Assembly: GCF_033723075.1 (NCBI RefSeq)
Contig: NZ_JAWVXU010000007.1
Coordinates: 18,845 to 82,844 of the forward strand
DNA length: 64,000 bases
Source of the DNA: Pseudomonas sp.
GTDB lineage: Bacteria > Pseudomonadota > Gammaproteobacteria > Pseudomonadales > Pseudomonadaceae
Reading direction: 5' to 3'
Part shown: positions 15,813 to 30,102 of the stretch, one piece after another
Layout: every line of letters begins with the position of its first letter
How positions within the stretch are numbered: position 1 is the first letter of the stretch
The notes under the pieces: generated by a model
Seen by the model: the letters and a program-made list of their open reading frames with translations, nothing else
What the model was told of the DNA's origin: nothing
Databases searched by the model: none
Translations under genes and position numbers: made by a program

Positions 15813-18083
15813 TCAGGCCATTTCCGCAGCGGTTTCGAATTCGAAGGTCAATTCGTCGCCACTGAGATCGACATGGGCCACGCCCCCGTGCTCGGCCAGC
15901 TCGCCAAACAGGATCTGCTCCGCCAGGGGCCGCTTGATCTTCTCCTGAATCAAGCGCGCCATAGGCCTTGCCCCCATCTGCACGTCGTAACCTTTTTCAG
16001 CCAGCCAGCCGCGCGCGGCATCGCTGACCTCGAGCATCACGTGCTTGTCTTCAAGTTGCGCCTGCAGCTCGGTAAGGAACTTGTCGACGATACTCTTGAT
16101 CACTTCATGGCTCAGTCGGCCGAACTGGATAATAGTATCCAGACGATTGCGGAACTCCGGCGTGAAGCTCTTCTTGATCACTTCCATGGCATCGGACGCA
16201 TGGTCCTGGTAGGTAAAGCCAATGGACGCCCGCGCTGCGGTTTCCGCCCCGGCGTTGGTGGTCATGATCAGAATCACGTTACGGAAATCCGCCTTGCGCC
16301 CGTTATTGTCGGTCAGGGTGCCGTGATCCATCACCTGCAACAGCAGATTGAAGACCTCTGGATGAGCCTTCTCGATTTCATCGAGCAACAGAACACAGTG
16401 CGGCGTCTTGGTGATGGCTTCGGTCAGCAAACCACCCTGATCGAAGCCGACATAGCCTGGCGGCGCACCGATCAGCCGGGAAACCGTATGCCGCTCCATA
16501 TATTCGGACATATCGAAGCGCACCAACTCGACACCCAGCGCCTTGGATAGCTGACGAGCCGCTTCGGTTTTACCAACCCCGGTAGGACCGGCAAAGAGGA
16601 AAGAACCGACCGGCTTGTCAGGCGCCTTGAGCCCAGCCCGCGACAACTTGATCGCCGTGGACAGGGAGTCGATGGCGGCTTCCTGACCAAACACTGTCAA
16701 TTTGAGGTCGCGTTCCAGGTTGCGTAGCAGCTCTTTATCCGAACTGCTGACGTGCTTTGGTGGAATTCGCGCAATTTTTGCGACGATATCCTCGACCTGC
16801 GCCACTTCGATGCGTTTGACGCGTTTCTCCATTGGCTGCAGGCGCTGATAGGCGCCTGCCTCGTCGATGACGTCAATGGCCTTGTCAGGCATGTGTCGGT
16901 CATTGATATAGCGAGCGGCAAGCTCAGCCGCCGCGCGCAGAGCCTCGTCACTGTATTCGATGCCATGGTGCTGTTCGAAGCGCCCCTTGAGGCCCTTGAG
17001 GATGCTGTAGGTGTCATCCACCGAAGGCTCACCAACATCAACCTTCTGAAAACGCCGCGCCAGGGCTCGATCCTTCTCGAAAATGCCGCGAAACTCCTGG
17101 AAGGTGGTGGAACCTATGCAGCGAATCTCTCCCGAAGACAGCATCGGCTTGAGCAAATTGGAAGCATCCATCACCCCGCCAGACGCAGCCCCCGCACCAA
17201 TTATGGTGTGGATCTCGTCGATAAACAGGATCGCGTGCGGGCGCTTGCGCAGCTCGTTGAGCAGCGCCTTGAGCCGCTTCTCGAAATCGCCACGGTATTT
17301 GGTGCCAGCCAGCAAGGCTCCCAGATCCAGGGAATAGACCACGCTGGTAGCCAGCAGGTCGGGTACCTGATTGTCGACAATACGCTTGGCCAAGCCTTCG
17401 GCTATGGCGGTCTTGCCCACACCGGCCTCGCCTACCAGCAGCGGGTTGTTCTTGCGCCGACGTGCCAGGATTTGCGCGACCCGCTCCACTTCCAGCTCTC
17501 GGCCGACCAAAGGATCGATCCGCCCTTGGCGAGCCAGTTCATTGAGATTGCTGGTATAGGCGTCCAGAGGATTGCCTGAAGCCGAAGACTCGCCACCCTC
17601 TTCGTCCTGCATTTCCTGCTCGCTTTCTGTATGGCCACCATGCCCTGGCACTTTGGAAATGCCGTGGGCGATGAAATTGACCACGTCGATGCGCGCAACA
17701 CTCTGCTGCTTGAGCAGGAACACTGCCTGGCTTTCCTGTTCACTGAAAATCGCCACCAACACGTTGGCGCCAGTCACTTCGCGTTTGCCGGAGCTTTGCA
17801 CATGGAATACAGCGCGCTGTAATACCCGCTGAAAGCCCAGGGTCGGCTGGGTCTCACGTTCTTCGTCATGCTGTGGAATCAGCGGGGTGGTGGAATCGAT
17901 GAACTCCTGAAGGTCGTGGCGCAATTTGTCGAGGTTGGCGCCGCATGCGCGCAATACGCTGGCGGCGGCCTCGTTATCCAATAAAGCCAAAAGGAGGTGC
18001 TCAACCGTCATGAATTCATGACGCTTGGTGCGAGCCTCCTTGAAGGCCAGATTGAGGGTGACTTCGAGCTCTCGATTTAACAT
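15813..18083 (-). CDS. clpA: ATP-dependent Clp protease ATPase subunit ClpA
   Basis: [24 protein letters not shown], two Walker A motifs GEAGVGKT and GPTGVGKT; 756 aa. Confidence 0.98.
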   Translation of the reverse strand: MLNRELEVTLNLAFKEARTKRHEFMTVEHLLLALLDNEAAASVLRACGANLDKLRHDLQEFIDSTTPLIPQHDEERETQPTLGFQRVLQRAVFHVQSSGKREVTGANVLVAIFSEQESQAVFLLKQQSVARIDVVNFIAHGISKVPGHGGHTESEQEMQDEEGGESSASGNPLDAYTSNLNELARQGRIDPLVGRELEVERVAQILARRRKNNPLLVGEAGVGKTAIAEGLAKRIVDNQVPDLLATSVVYSLDLGALLAGTKYRGDFEKRLKALLNELRKRPHAILFIDEIHTIIGAGAASGGVMDASNLLKPMLSSGEIRCIGSTTFQEFRGIFEKDRALARRFQKVDVGEPSVDDTYSILKGLKGRFEQHHGIEYSDEALRAAAELAARYINDRHMPDKAIDVIDEAGAYQRLQPMEKRVKRIEVAQVEDIVAKIARIPPKHVSSSDKELLRNLERDLKLTVFGQEAAIDSLSTAIKLSRAGLKAPDKPVGSFLFAGPTGVGKTEAARQLSKALGVELVRFDMSEYMERHTVSRLIGAPPGYVGFDQGGLLTEAITKTPHCVLLLDEIEKAHPEVFNLLLQVMDHGTLTDNNGRKADFRNVILIMTTNAGAETAARASIGFTYQDHASDAMEVIKKSFTPEFRNRLDTIIQFGRLSHEVIKSIVDKFLTELQAQLEDKHVMLEVSDAARGWLAEKGYDVQMGARPMARLIQEKIKRPLAEQILFGELAEHGGVAHVDLSGDELTFEFETAAEMA

Positions 18084-18112
18084 GGCTTCACCTCGTGCCC
18101 AAGCGGCCGGCG

Positions 18113-18475
18113 TTAACCGTCCTTCTCTATCTCACAGAGTAGCGGATGCTGGCTTTCTCTAGCGTACTGATTAACCTGCATTGCCTTGGTTTCGGCGATG
18201 TCGCGGGTAAACACTCCGCAAACTGCCCGTCCCTCTGTGTGGACGGTCAGCATGATCTTGGTCGCCAGCTCCCGATTTAAGTTGAAAAACACCTCGAGCA
18301 CTTCGACCACGAAATCCATCGGTGTGTAGTCATCATTGAATATGACCACCCTGTAAAGCGGTGGTGCCTGCAGCGCGGGCTTGGATTCCTGCACGGCAAG
18401 GCCGGTGGAATCGTCCTCATGCGTTGCCGGACGGTCCTGATTGAATGTTAGTCGAATCTGGCTACGTGCATGCAT
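18113..18475 (-). CDS. clpS: Clp adaptor ClpS
   Basis: [31 protein letters not shown]. Confidence 0.97.
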   Translation of the reverse strand: MHARSQIRLTFNQDRPATHEDDSTGLAVQESKPALQAPPLYRVVIFNDDYTPMDFVVEVLEVFFNLNRELATKIMLTVHTEGRAVCGVFTRDIAETKAMQVNQYARESQHPLLCEIEKDG

Positions 18476-18708
18476 GCTGGAATAGGGGTTCATGGCTGGG
18501 CGAGTACGGATGGTAGATGGAGTTTGACCTGTGTCTCAGGCAGTCGCAGCATCGCCTTGACTATCGGCAAAACGGTGTTACAAACAATGAATACCCACAT
18601 GTGTAGGTATGAGGGATTCCGCGCCCTCGCCCAAGCCAGTTGATTCGCGCGCGGAATCAGAAGTGGATGATACTCCAGTGGTGGAGTTCTTTGCAGAGGG
18701 ATATCAGC

Positions 18709-18966
18709 ATGCTTAGCGGTAAGGTCAAGTGGTTCAATAATGCCAAGGGCTATGGATTCATTCTGGCCGACGGACGGGATGAGGACCTGTTCGCTCATTA
18801 TTCGGCGATCCAGATGGACGGCTATAAAACCCTGAAAGCTGGTCAGGCGGTAAGTTTCGACATTATCCAAGGCCCCAAAGGGCTCCATGCCGTGAACATC
18901 AGCGCGCTTTCGGCCACCACCGAGGCACCTGCAAGCCAGCCTCACGGCAATACGATTGAGGCCTGA
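18709..18966 (+). CDS. cspD: Cold-shock domain protein CspD
   Basis: GKVKWFNNAKGYGFI, DLFAHYSAIQMDGYKTL; divergent from clpS. Confidence 0.96.
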   Translation: MLSGKVKWFNNAKGYGFILADGRDEDLFAHYSAIQMDGYKTLKAGQAVSFDIIQGPKGLHAVNISALSATTEAPASQPHGNTIEA

Positions 18967-18993
18967 ATAGCAGGATAACTGGCTACCCAAAAT

Positions 18994-19024
18994 AAAAAAG
19001 ACCGGTCACTTGACCGGCCTTTTT
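18994..19024. terminator. Bidirectional terminator between cspD and icd
   Basis: AAAAAAGACCGGTCA-CT-TGACCGGCCTTTTT. Confidence 0.85.
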
Positions 19025-19040
19025 CTTACCGCTGATCAGC

Positions 19041-20297
19041 TCACATATGAGAGATCATGGCGTCGCCGAACTGTGAACAGGACAGCAACTGGGCGCCGTC
19101 CATCAGCCGCTCGAAGTCATAGGTCACTGTCTTGGCCGAGATAGCGCCATTGGTGCCCTTGATGATCAGGTCGGCCGCTTCGACCCAGCCCATGTGACGC
19201 AACATCATTTCGGCAGAGAGGATCAGCGAACCCGGGTTCACCTGGTCCTTGCCGGCGTACTTCGGTGCAGTGCCGTGGGTGGCTTCGAACATGGCGATAC
19301 TGTCGGAGAGGTTGGCGCCAGGCGCAATACCAATGCCGCCAACTTCGGCCGCCAGTGCGTCGGACAGATAATCGCCGTTCAGGTTTAGCGTGGCGATTAC
19401 ATCGTATTCAGCCGGCCGCAGGAGAATCTGCTGCAGCATGGCGTCGGCGATGGCGTCCTTGACGATGACGTTCTTGCCGGTTCTCGGGTTCTTGAACTGC
19501 ATCCAGGGCCCACCGTCGAGCAGGGTCGCGCCGAACTCTTCTGCGGCAATCTCGTAGGCCCACTCCTTGAAAGCGCCTTCGGTGAACTTCATGATGTTGC
19601 CTTTGTGCACGATGGTCAGCGAGTCGCGGTCGTTATCGACCACATACTGCAGCGCCTTGCGCACCAGACGCTTGGTGCCCTCCAGGGAAACCGGCTTGAT
19701 GCCGATGCCGCAGTTCTCGTCGAAGCGGATCTTGGTGACACCCATTTCCTCCTTGAGGAACTTGATGACCTTGTCGGCCTCCGGCGAACCGGCTTTCCAT
19801 TCGATCCCGGCATAAATATCTTCGGAATTTTCCCGGAAGATGGTCATGTCGACGTCGCCAGGCTTCTTCACCGGGCTGGGTACACCTTGGAACCAGCGTA
19901 CCGGGCGCAGGCAAACGTACAGATCCAGTTGCTGGCGCAGGGCCACGTTGAGGGAGCGGATGCCACCACCGACGGGGGTGGTCAGCGGACCCTTGATGGA
20001 AACGACGTAGTCTTTGACCGCATCCAGGGTTTCCTGAGGCAGCCAGGTGTCCTGGTCATACACCTGAGTGGCTTTCTCGCCGGCATAAACTTCCATCCAG
20101 GAAATCTTGCGCTGACCGCCGTAGGCTTTTTCGACGGCCGCATCGACAACCTTGATCATCACCGGACTGATATCGACACCGATGCCATCACCCTCGATGT
20201 AAGGGATGACCGGGTTGTCCGGTACGTTAAGCGACATATCGGCATTGACGGTGATTTTGTCACCGGTTGCTGGCACCTGGATCTTTTGGTATCCCAT
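19041..20297 (-). CDS. icd: NADP-dependent isocitrate dehydrogenase (dimeric)
   Basis: [59 protein letters not shown]. Confidence 0.98.
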   Translation of the reverse strand: MGYQKIQVPATGDKITVNADMSLNVPDNPVIPYIEGDGIGVDISPVMIKVVDAAVEKAYGGQRKISWMEVYAGEKATQVYDQDTWLPQETLDAVKDYVVSIKGPLTTPVGGGIRSLNVALRQQLDLYVCLRPVRWFQGVPSPVKKPGDVDMTIFRENSEDIYAGIEWKAGSPEADKVIKFLKEEMGVTKIRFDENCGIGIKPVSLEGTKRLVRKALQYVVDNDRDSLTIVHKGNIMKFTEGAFKEWAYEIAAEEFGATLLDGGPWMQFKNPRTGKNVIVKDAIADAMLQQILLRPAEYDVIATLNLNGDYLSDALAAEVGGIGIAPGANLSDSIAMFEATHGTAPKYAGKDQVNPGSLILSAEMMLRHMGWVEAADLIIKGTNGAISAKTVTYDFERLMDGAQLLSCSQFGDAMISHM

Positions 20298-20844
20298 GCT
20301 GGACTCCGCTTTGTGGTTAGAAATCATATCTCTCCCGAGCGTAACCCACTTGATTCGGGCGAGACCACCTGTTCCTTGGTCTATAGGAGACTGGCGAATT
20401 TAACGCCGCGCTACTACGGAAAAACCATTCTTCTTGGTAGGGAGGATCATTTTTGCTGCTTTTCCTCGTTAAATAGCCCGCTATTCGCCTCGGAAAAGCA
20501 GCCCAATTGCCTCAAACCGGACCGCCCCTCGCTACGAACGGTCAAGTCCGACAGGCCCCTGTAGGCACAAGGGCATTCTTCAGCACCTTAGTGCAATGGT
20601 ATACTGCGCGCCGTGACTAACGAGTCATAAGGGCTTGCCTGTCTTGAACGAGGCAGCCGGCCCTTGAACCGGTCGAGTTGTTACCGCATCTCAATCGTTC
20701 AACTGCTCAACGCTCTACTGGTGCATCCCACATCAAATGCGGCAAATCCTCGACTTTCGGCTCATTGACGACTTTGAGCGAACGCGCCTACCTGCGCATC
20801 TCGAGATTCTGTGCTCGCTTAGCAAAGAAGAGAGTTAATCCCAA

Positions 20845-23070
20845 ATGTCCAACCGTTCGAAGATCGTCTACACCTTCACCGATGAAGCTCCAGCCCTTGC
20901 CACCTATTCGCTTCTGCCAATTGTAGAAGCTTTCGCGGCATCCGCTGACATAGCCGTCGAAACCAGCGACATCTCTCTTGCAGGGCGCATTCTTGCAAGC
21001 TTTGCCGAGTACCTGGAGGCTGACAAGCGCGTCCAGGACGACCTCGCCAAGCTGGCTGTTCTGGCCACTACGCCAGAAGCCAACATCATCAAGCTACCGA
21101 ATATCAGTGCCTCGGTACCGCAACTCAAAGGTGCCATCGCCGAGCTGCAGGCCCTGGGTTACAACATCCCCGACTTCCCGGAAGACCCGCAGAGCGACGC
21201 GGAAAAGCAAGCCCGCGCGCTTTACAGCAAGATTCTCGGCAGCGCCGTGAACCCGGTCCTGCGCGAAGGTAACTCCGACCGTCGCGCACCCGCCGCGGTC
21301 AAAGCCTTCGTCCGCAAGCACCCGCACTCGATGGGCAAGTGGAGCATGGCCTCCCAGTCCCATGCCGACTACATGCGCGGCGGCGACTTCTTCTCCAGCG
21401 AACAGTCGATCACCATGGACAAAGCCGGTGACGTGCGCATCGAGTTCGTCGACAAGAACGGCAAGGTCGAAGTCAAGAAACAGCTCGCCCTGCTGGAAGG
21501 CGAAGTCTTCGACAGCATGTTCATGAGCTGCCGCAAGCTGCGCGAGTTCTTCGAAGCGACCCTGCAGGACTGCAAGGAAACCGGCGTCATGTGGTCCCTG
21601 CACGTCAAGGCGACCATGATGAAGGTCTCCCATCCGATCGTCTTCGGCCACGCCGTCAGCGTCTACTACAAGGACGTGTTCGACAAGTACGGTGAGCTGT
21701 TCAAGGAGCTGGGCGTCAACCCGAACAACGGCATCAGCAGCGTCTACGACAAGATCAAATCCCTGCCCATCTCGCAGCAGGAAGAGATCCTCCACGACAT
21801 CCATGCCTGCTACAGCGGTCGCCCGGAAATGGCCATGGTCGACTCGGTCAAGGGCATCACCAACCTGCACATCCCGAGCGACGTGATCGTCGACGCCTCG
21901 ATGCCGGCGATGATTCGCAGCTCCGGGCAGATGTGGGGCAAGGATGGCAAGCTCAAGGACACCAAGGCGGTGATGCCGGAAAGCACCTACGCCCGCATCT
22001 ACCAGGAAATGATCAACTTCTGCAAAACCAACGGCGCATTCGACCCGACCACCATGGGCAGCGTGCCGAACGTCGGCCTGATGGCGCAGAAGGCTGAAGA
22101 GTACGGCTCCCACGACAAGACCTTCGAAGTCGCCGTCGACGGCAGCATGCGCGTGGTGCTGGCTGACGGCACCGTGCTGATGCAGCACGAAGTCGAGGCC
22201 GGCGACATCTGGCGTGCCTGCCAAACCAAGGACGCGGCGATTCGCGACTGGGTCAAGCTGGCCGTTACCCGCGCCCGCCAATCCAACACGCCGGCCATTT
22301 TCTGGCTCGACCCGGAGCGCGCTCACGATCGGCAGCTGCAGAAGAAGGTCGAAACCTATCTGCAGGAATGCGACCTGAGCGGCCTGGATATTCGCCTCAT
22401 GGGTTACAACGAAGCCATCCGCATCAGCATGGAACGCCTGATTCGCGGCCAGGACACCATCTCGGTGACCGGCAACGTGCTGCGCGACTACCTGACCGAC
22501 CTGTTCCCGATCATGGAGCTGGGCACTTCGGCCAAGATGCTCTCCATCGTGCCGCTGATGGCGGGCGGCGGCATGTACGAAACCGGTGCCGGCGGTTCGG
22601 CGCCGAAACACGTGCAGCAGCTGATCGAAGAGAACCACCTGCGCTGGGACTCGCTCGGCGAGTTTCTGGCTATTGCAGTGTCTCTGGAAGAGACCGGCAT
22701 CAAGAACGCCAACCCACGCGCCAAGCTGCTGGGTAAAACCCTGGATGCCGCCACCGGCAAGCTGCTCGACAACAACAAGTCGCCGTCGCGTAAAACCGGT
22801 GAGCTGGATAACCGTGGCAGCCACTTCTACCTGGCGATGTACTGGGCCCAGGAGTTGGCTGCGCAGACTGAAGACGCCTCCTTGCAGGCGCACTTCAGCC
22901 CGCTGGCGAAAACCCTGACCGACAACGAAGCAACCATCCTTGCCGAACTCGGCGCCGTGCAGGGCTCGCCGGTGGACATCGCCGGCTACTACCGCTCCAG
23001 CCCGGAGCTGACCAGCAAGGTCATGCGCCCGAGCGCAACCTTCAACGCCGCGATCGCCTCGCTGCTGTAA
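20845..23070 (+). CDS. idh: Monomeric NADP-dependent isocitrate dehydrogenase
   Basis: [62 protein letters not shown]; 741 aa. Confidence 0.98.
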   Translation: MSNRSKIVYTFTDEAPALATYSLLPIVEAFAASADIAVETSDISLAGRILASFAEYLEADKRVQDDLAKLAVLATTPEANIIKLPNISASVPQLKGAIAELQALGYNIPDFPEDPQSDAEKQARALYSKILGSAVNPVLREGNSDRRAPAAVKAFVRKHPHSMGKWSMASQSHADYMRGGDFFSSEQSITMDKAGDVRIEFVDKNGKVEVKKQLALLEGEVFDSMFMSCRKLREFFEATLQDCKETGVMWSLHVKATMMKVSHPIVFGHAVSVYYKDVFDKYGELFKELGVNPNNGISSVYDKIKSLPISQQEEILHDIHACYSGRPEMAMVDSVKGITNLHIPSDVIVDASMPAMIRSSGQMWGKDGKLKDTKAVMPESTYARIYQEMINFCKTNGAFDPTTMGSVPNVGLMAQKAEEYGSHDKTFEVAVDGSMRVVLADGTVLMQHEVEAGDIWRACQTKDAAIRDWVKLAVTRARQSNTPAIFWLDPERAHDRQLQKKVETYLQECDLSGLDIRLMGYNEAIRISMERLIRGQDTISVTGNVLRDYLTDLFPIMELGTSAKMLSIVPLMAGGGMYETGAGGSAPKHVQQLIEENHLRWDSLGEFLAIAVSLEETGIKNANPRAKLLGKTLDAATGKLLDNNKSPSRKTGELDNRGSHFYLAMYWAQELAAQTEDASLQAHFSPLAKTLTDNEATILAELGAVQGSPVDIAGYYRSSPELTSKVMRPSATFNAAIASLL

Positions 23071-23106
23071 GGCGTAACATCTGGCGCCTGAGCGCGCCGC
23101 ATGATC

Positions 23107-23135
23107 AGAAGCCCCGGCCAAGTGCCGGGGTTTCT
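23107..23135 (+). terminator. Intrinsic terminator after idh
   Basis: AGAAGCCCCGGC-CAAGT-GCCGGGGTTTCT followed by GTTT. Confidence 0.8.
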
Positions 23136-23215
23136 GTTTGTATGCCCTGGCGCAGCACATGCAGTCCGCCGCCCGGCGGCTGCTTATGATCGACCCATTC
23201 CTACAGGACACACAC

Positions 23216-23656
23216 ATGGATTGGCACCCCCACATCACCGTTGCCACTATCGTCGAAAACCAGGGCCGCTTTCTCCTCGTCGAAGAGCTCAAGGGCGGCC
23301 GTCTGGTACTCAATCAGCCCGCCGGCCATCTTGAAGCCAACGAAACCCTGCGCGAAGCAGCGGTGCGCGAGACGCTCGAAGAAACCGGCTGGGATGTCGA
23401 ACTCAGCGGCATCGTCGGTATTTATCTGTATACCGCGCCGAGCAATGGGGTGACCTATCAGCGCGTCTGCTTTGTCGCCAAACCGCTGCGTCATCACCCG
23501 CAACGCAGTCTGGACAGCGGCATCGTCGGCGCGTCATGGTTGAGCCGCGCTGAAGTGTCCAGCCAGCCAGAACGCTGGCGCAGCGAGTTGGTCCTGCGCT
23601 GCATCGACGACTACCTCGCTGGCCCGCTGCATGATCTGGAGCTGATCCGTGATTGA
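23216..23656 (+). CDS. nudJ: NUDIX hydrolase (NudJ-like)
   Basis: PHITVA, NQPAGHLE..E....AA.RE..EETG Nudix box; conserved position before mnmA. Confidence 0.9.
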   Translation: MDWHPHITVATIVENQGRFLLVEELKGGRLVLNQPAGHLEANETLREAAVRETLEETGWDVELSGIVGIYLYTAPSNGVTYQRVCFVAKPLRHHPQRSLDSGIVGASWLSRAEVSSQPERWRSELVLRCIDDYLAGPLHDLELIRD

Positions 23657-23718
23657 ATACCGCCTTAGCCTTGGCACCGCCAGCCTGTTAGAATTTCGTC
23701 TTTTGTGCAGACACCCCC

Positions 23719-24852
23719 ATGCGTGATCCAGCCCTCCCCAGCCCAGAACAGCAACGCGTCATAGTCGGCATGTCCGGCGGCGTGGATTCGTCCGTCTCGG
23801 CCCTGCTGCTGCTCGAACAGGGTTATCAGGTCGAAGGCCTGTTCATGAAGAACTGGGACGAAGACGACGGCACCGAATACTGCACCGCCATGGATGACCT
23901 GGCCGATGCCCAGGCCGTGTGCGACAAGATTGGCATCAAACTGCACACCGCCAACTTCGCCGCGGAGTATTGGGACAATGTGTTCGAGCATTTTCTTGCC
24001 GAATACAAGGCCGGGCGCACGCCCAACCCGGATATCCTGTGCAACCGCGAAATCAAGTTCAAGGCCTTCCTCGACTATGCCCTGGCGCTCGGCGCCGACC
24101 TGATTGCCACCGGCCACTATGTGCGCCGCCGCGATCGCGATGGCCGCACCGAGCTGCTCAAGGGCCTGGATCCGAACAAGGATCAGAGCTACTTCCTGCA
24201 TGCCGTTGGTGGCGAGCAGATCGCCAGGACCCTGTTCCCCGTTGGTGAGCTGGAGAAACCGGCAGTGCGCGCCATCGCCGAGAAGCACCAGTTGGCCACG
24301 GCGAAGAAAAAGGACTCCACCGGTATCTGCTTCATCGGCGAACGGCGCTTCAGCGACTTTCTCAAGCAGTACCTGCCGGCCCAGCCCGGCGATATCGAAA
24401 CCACCGAAGGCGAGGTCATCGGCCGTCATAGTGGCCTGATGTACCACACCATCGGCCAGCGTCAGGGCCTGGGCATCGGCGGGTTGAAAGACGCCAGCGA
24501 CGAGCCCTGGTACGTGCTGCAAAAAGACCTTGAGCGCAATGTGCTGGTGGTCGGTCAGGGCAACGATCACCCCTGGCTGTTTGCCAGCGCCCTGCTCGCC
24601 TCCGAGGTCTACTGGGTTAATCCAATCGAGCTCAAGGAGCCGCGCCAGCTGACGGCCAAGGTGCGCTATCGCCAAGGCGATCAAGCCTGCATCCTGGAAA
24701 AAACCACCAGCGGCTATCGTGCCAGTTTTTCCATGCCGCAACGCGCGGTCACGCCCGGCCAGTCCGTGGTGTTCTATGACGGCGAAGTCTGCCTCGGCGG
24801 CGGCGTGATCGAAATAGCAGAACCCTGGAGCAGCAAGGATAAGCATCCATGA
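23719..24852 (+). CDS. mnmA: tRNA 2-thiouridylase MnmA
   Basis: [59 protein letters not shown]. Confidence 0.98.
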   Translation: MRDPALPSPEQQRVIVGMSGGVDSSVSALLLLEQGYQVEGLFMKNWDEDDGTEYCTAMDDLADAQAVCDKIGIKLHTANFAAEYWDNVFEHFLAEYKAGRTPNPDILCNREIKFKAFLDYALALGADLIATGHYVRRRDRDGRTELLKGLDPNKDQSYFLHAVGGEQIARTLFPVGELEKPAVRAIAEKHQLATAKKKDSTGICFIGERRFSDFLKQYLPAQPGDIETTEGEVIGRHSGLMYHTIGQRQGLGIGGLKDASDEPWYVLQKDLERNVLVVGQGNDHPWLFASALLASEVYWVNPIELKEPRQLTAKVRYRQGDQACILEKTTSGYRASFSMPQRAVTPGQSVVFYDGEVCLGGGVIEIAEPWSSKDKHP

Positions 24853-25469
24853 GTCCAACGCAGGAACAACTGGTCGCCCTGGGTGCGGTTTTCGAAGCCG
24901 CAGTGCTGGTCGACAAGCTGGCCAAGACCGGACAGGTTGGCGAGCCAGGGCTGGCATGCATGCTGGGCAGCCTGCTGGTGCGCGACCCCAAGAGCACCCT
25001 GGACGTATACGGCGGTGACGACCTCAACCTGCGCGAGGGGTATCGCGCCCTGATCAGCGCCCTGGAACGTGACCCGGCCAGCCTGCAGCGCGAACCGCTG
25101 CGCTATGCCCTGGCCCTGCTCGGACTGGAAAGGCAACTGGCCAAGCGCGACGACATGCTGCAGGTCATGGGCAGCCGCCTGGACCAGATCCAGAACCAGG
25201 TCGGTCATTTCGGCCTGGTGCACGACAACGTCATTGCCGGCTGCGGCAGTCTCTACGAGGACACCATCAGCACCTTCCGCCAGCGTATCCAGGTGCAGGG
25301 CGACATGCGCCACCTGCAGCAACCGAGCAACGCCTCGAAGATTCGCGCCCTGCTGCTCGCCGGCATCCGCTCGGCCCGACTGTGGCGTCAGCTGGGCGGC
25401 CACCGCTGGCAGTTGGTGTTCAGCCGCAGCAAGCTGCTCAAGGAACTCTATCCGCTGTTACGCGGTTAG
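24849..25469 (+). CDS. hflD: High-frequency lysogenization protein HflD homolog
   Basis: [31 protein letters not shown]; mnmA-hflD-purB synteny. Confidence 0.95.
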   Translation: MSPTQEQLVALGAVFEAAVLVDKLAKTGQVGEPGLACMLGSLLVRDPKSTLDVYGGDDLNLREGYRALISALERDPASLQREPLRYALALLGLERQLAKRDDMLQVMGSRLDQIQNQVGHFGLVHDNVIAGCGSLYEDTISTFRQRIQVQGDMRHLQQPSNASKIRALLLAGIRSARLWRQLGGHRWQLVFSRSKLLKELYPLLRG

Positions 25470-25483
25470 CCGTGACCACCCGC

Positions 25484-27788
<2,305 letters not shown>

Positions 27789-27805
27789 CCGATCGAGTCC
27801 TTTGC

Positions 27806-27833
27806 ACGCCCGGCAGTGCCGGGCGTTTTTATT
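27806..27833 (+). terminator. Intrinsic terminator after purB
   Basis: ACGCCCGGCA-G-TGCCGGGCGT-TTTTATTT; same stem as the infA/clpA terminator. Confidence 0.85.
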
Positions 27834-27865
27834 TTTGGGCTTTTATTTATTTCAAGGGCTTAGCG

Positions 27866-29032
27866 ATGAATCCTGATACTCCGCTGCAGCTGTTGGGCGG
27901 CCTTACGGCCCGTGAGTTCCTGCGCGACTACTGGCAGAAGAAACCCCTGCTGGTACGCCAGGCCATGCCCGGCTTCGAAAGCCCGATCTCGCCAGACGAA
28001 CTGGCCGGCCTGGCCCTGGAAGAAGAAATCGAGTCGCGCCTGGTCATCGAACACGGCGAGCGGCCATGGGAATTGCGCCGCGGCCCGTTCGCCGAAGACG
28101 CCTTCGCCCAGTTGCCGGAGCGCGACTGGACCCTGCTGGTGCAAGCCGTCGACCAGTTCGTACCGGAAGTGGCCGAACTGCTCGAGGAATTCAAGTTCCT
28201 GCCCAAGTGGCGCATCGACGACGTGATGATCAGCTTTGCCGCACCTGGCGGCGGCGTTGGCCCGCACTTCGACAACTACGATGTGTTCCTGCTGCAGGGC
28301 TACGGCAAGCGCCGCTGGCAGGTCGGCCAGATGTGCAACTCCGACAGCCCGCTGCTGCAACACGCGGATCTGAAGATCCTTGCCGAATTCGCTAAAACTG
28401 AAGAATGGGTACTGGAGCCCGGCGACATGCTCTATCTACCGCCACTCCTGGCCCACTGTGGTACCGCTGAGGATGATTGCATGACCTATTCCGTAGGCTT
28501 CCGCGCGCCGAGCGCCGCCGAAGTACTGACCCATTTCACCGACTTTCTCGGCCAGTTCCTGCCGGATGAAGACCGCTACAGCGACGCCGATGCGCAACCG
28601 ACCAGCGATCCGCACCAGATCCAGCGTGACGCCCTGGATCGCTTGAAAGCCCTGCTCAATGAACACATGAGCGACGAGCGCCTGCTGATGACCTGGTTCG
28701 GCCAGTTCATGACCGAACCGCGCTACCCCGAACTGATCGCCGGGATCGAGATCGACGAACCGACCCTCCTCGGCAGTCTGGAAGCAGGTGGCGTGCTGAT
28801 CCGCAACCCCAGTGCGCGCTTGGCCTGGTCCGAAGTCGGCGAAGACCTGGTGCTGTTTGCCAGTGGCCAGAGCCGCCTACTGTCTGCCAGCCAGCGCGAG
28901 CTGCTGAAATTGATCTGCTCGGCCGACGCGCTGCATATCGACAACCTCGGTTCATGGCTGGCCGATGACGAGGGGCGTAATCTGCTTCTGGAGTTGGCCA
29001 AACAGGGTAGCCTGGAGTTTGCCGATGAATAG
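27866..29032 (+). CDS. roxA: JmjC/cupin ribosomal protein uL16 3-hydroxylase (YcfD/RoxA family)
   Basis: [59 protein letters not shown]. Confidence 0.92.
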   Translation: MNPDTPLQLLGGLTAREFLRDYWQKKPLLVRQAMPGFESPISPDELAGLALEEEIESRLVIEHGERPWELRRGPFAEDAFAQLPERDWTLLVQAVDQFVPEVAELLEEFKFLPKWRIDDVMISFAAPGGGVGPHFDNYDVFLLQGYGKRRWQVGQMCNSDSPLLQHADLKILAEFAKTEEWVLEPGDMLYLPPLLAHCGTAEDDCMTYSVGFRAPSAAEVLTHFTDFLGQFLPDEDRYSDADAQPTSDPHQIQRDALDRLKALLNEHMSDERLLMTWFGQFMTEPRYPELIAGIEIDEPTLLGSLEAGGVLIRNPSARLAWSEVGEDLVLFASGQSRLLSASQRELLKLICSADALHIDNLGSWLADDEGRNLLLELAKQGSLEFADE

Positions 29033-29450
29033 CATTCACGTGCGCCTGGCCGATTGGCAAAAGGACAACGCCGACCTGCGACGCATTCGCGAGACGGTGT
29101 TCATTGCCGAGCAAGCGGTGCCGCCGGAGCTCGAATGGGATGCCGAAGATGTCGAGGCCTTGCATTTTCTCGCCTACGAGGGCGACTACCCGATCGGTAC
29201 CGCGCGCCTGCTGCCAGATGGGCATATCGGTCGGGTTTCGGTGCTCAAGGACTGGCGCGGCCTGAAAGTCGGCGATGCACTACTGCGCGCAGTGATCACG
29301 GAAGCAGAAAAGCGGGGCCTGCAGCAACAAATGCTCAGCGCCCAGGTGCAGGCCACGCCTTTCTATGAAAGGCTTGGTTTTGCCATCGTCAGCGGTGAAT
29401 ACCTCGACGCCGGTATTCCCCATGTGGATATGGTGCGCCACAGCCAATAG
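29025..29450 (+). CDS. GNAT acetyltransferase (ElaA/YjcF-like)
   Basis: IRE.VFI.EQ.VP..LEWD, GRVSVL..WRG..VG, FYERLGF, DAGIPH..M. Confidence 0.9.
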   Translation: MNSIHVRLADWQKDNADLRRIRETVFIAEQAVPPELEWDAEDVEALHFLAYEGDYPIGTARLLPDGHIGRVSVLKDWRGLKVGDALLRAVITEAEKRGLQQQMLSAQVQATPFYERLGFAIVSGEYLDAGIPHVDMVRHSQ

Positions 29451-29463
29451 CCGTGAGGTCAGA

Positions 29464-30102
29464 ATGAACAAGGACGCCCCGTCAGACGCAACCGAGAGCA
29501 ACGAGCCAGCAGCGCTTCCCGCCATCGAGTTTCAGTCGCCGGGGCGTTTTGCCGTGCGCAACCCCGAACCGGCTCCGAGCGAAACCCTGCAGGCAGAACC
29601 GGCGCCATTTATCCTCGGCGAGCACCTGGCGCTGGAGCGTTTCGATCAGCCCGAACTGGCCCGTGCCCACGCCCTGGCCATGCTCCAACAGGCCCGGCGC
29701 AGCCTGTGCATCTACAGCACTGACCTCGACCCCTGGCTGTATCACCACAGCAGCATCCAGGAGGCCTGCACCCGCTTCCTCCTGGCCAACCCGAAGAACC
29801 GCCTGCGCATCCTGGTCAAGGACCTCGGTCGCGCGGTCAAACAGGGCCACCGTTTGCTTGGCTTGTCGCGCCGCCTGTCGAGCAACCTGCATATTCGCCA
29901 GCCGCACCCGGACTACCCCAGCGAGGAAGTGGCCTTTTTACTGGCCGATGACCGCGGCCTGCTGCTGCGTCCCGAACCCGCGCAGTGTGCCGGCTATGCG
30001 CTATACCAGGACCCTGCCCGTGTGCGCTTGCGCCAGGCGCAATTCGATCAGGCCTGGCAGACCAGCATCACCGCCCCCGACCTAAGGAGTTTCCTGCTAT
30101 GA
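29464..30102 (+). CDS. Conserved hypothetical protein (possible PLD-like fold without catalytic HKD)
   Basis: Good coding bias; QARRSLCIYS.DLDP, LRILV.D, FLLAD..G.L pattern; syntenic in Pseudomonas. Confidence 0.7.
   Translation: MNKDAPSDATESNEPAALPAIEFQSPGRFAVRNPEPAPSETLQAEPAPFILGEHLALERFDQPELARAHALAMLQQARRSLCIYSTDLDPWLYHHSSIQEACTRFLLANPKNRLRILVKDLGRAVKQGHRLLGLSRRLSSNLHIRQPHPDYPSEEVAFLLADDRGLLLRPEPAQCAGYALYQDPARVRLRQAQFDQAWQTSITAPDLRSFLL

Noticed and set aside
13741-18475. Clustering of aat, bpt, clpS and clpA (N-degron pathway) as a novel system
   Set aside because: Well-known conserved gammaproteobacterial arrangement
19041-19130. icd 3' end as a relic phage attachment/replacement segment
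   Set aside because: Only mild A/T third-position enrichment; no duplicated 3' end or integrase nearby
24849-25469. hflD as a sign of a prophage
   Set aside because: Core chromosomal gene in its usual mnmA-hflD-purB context; no phage genes
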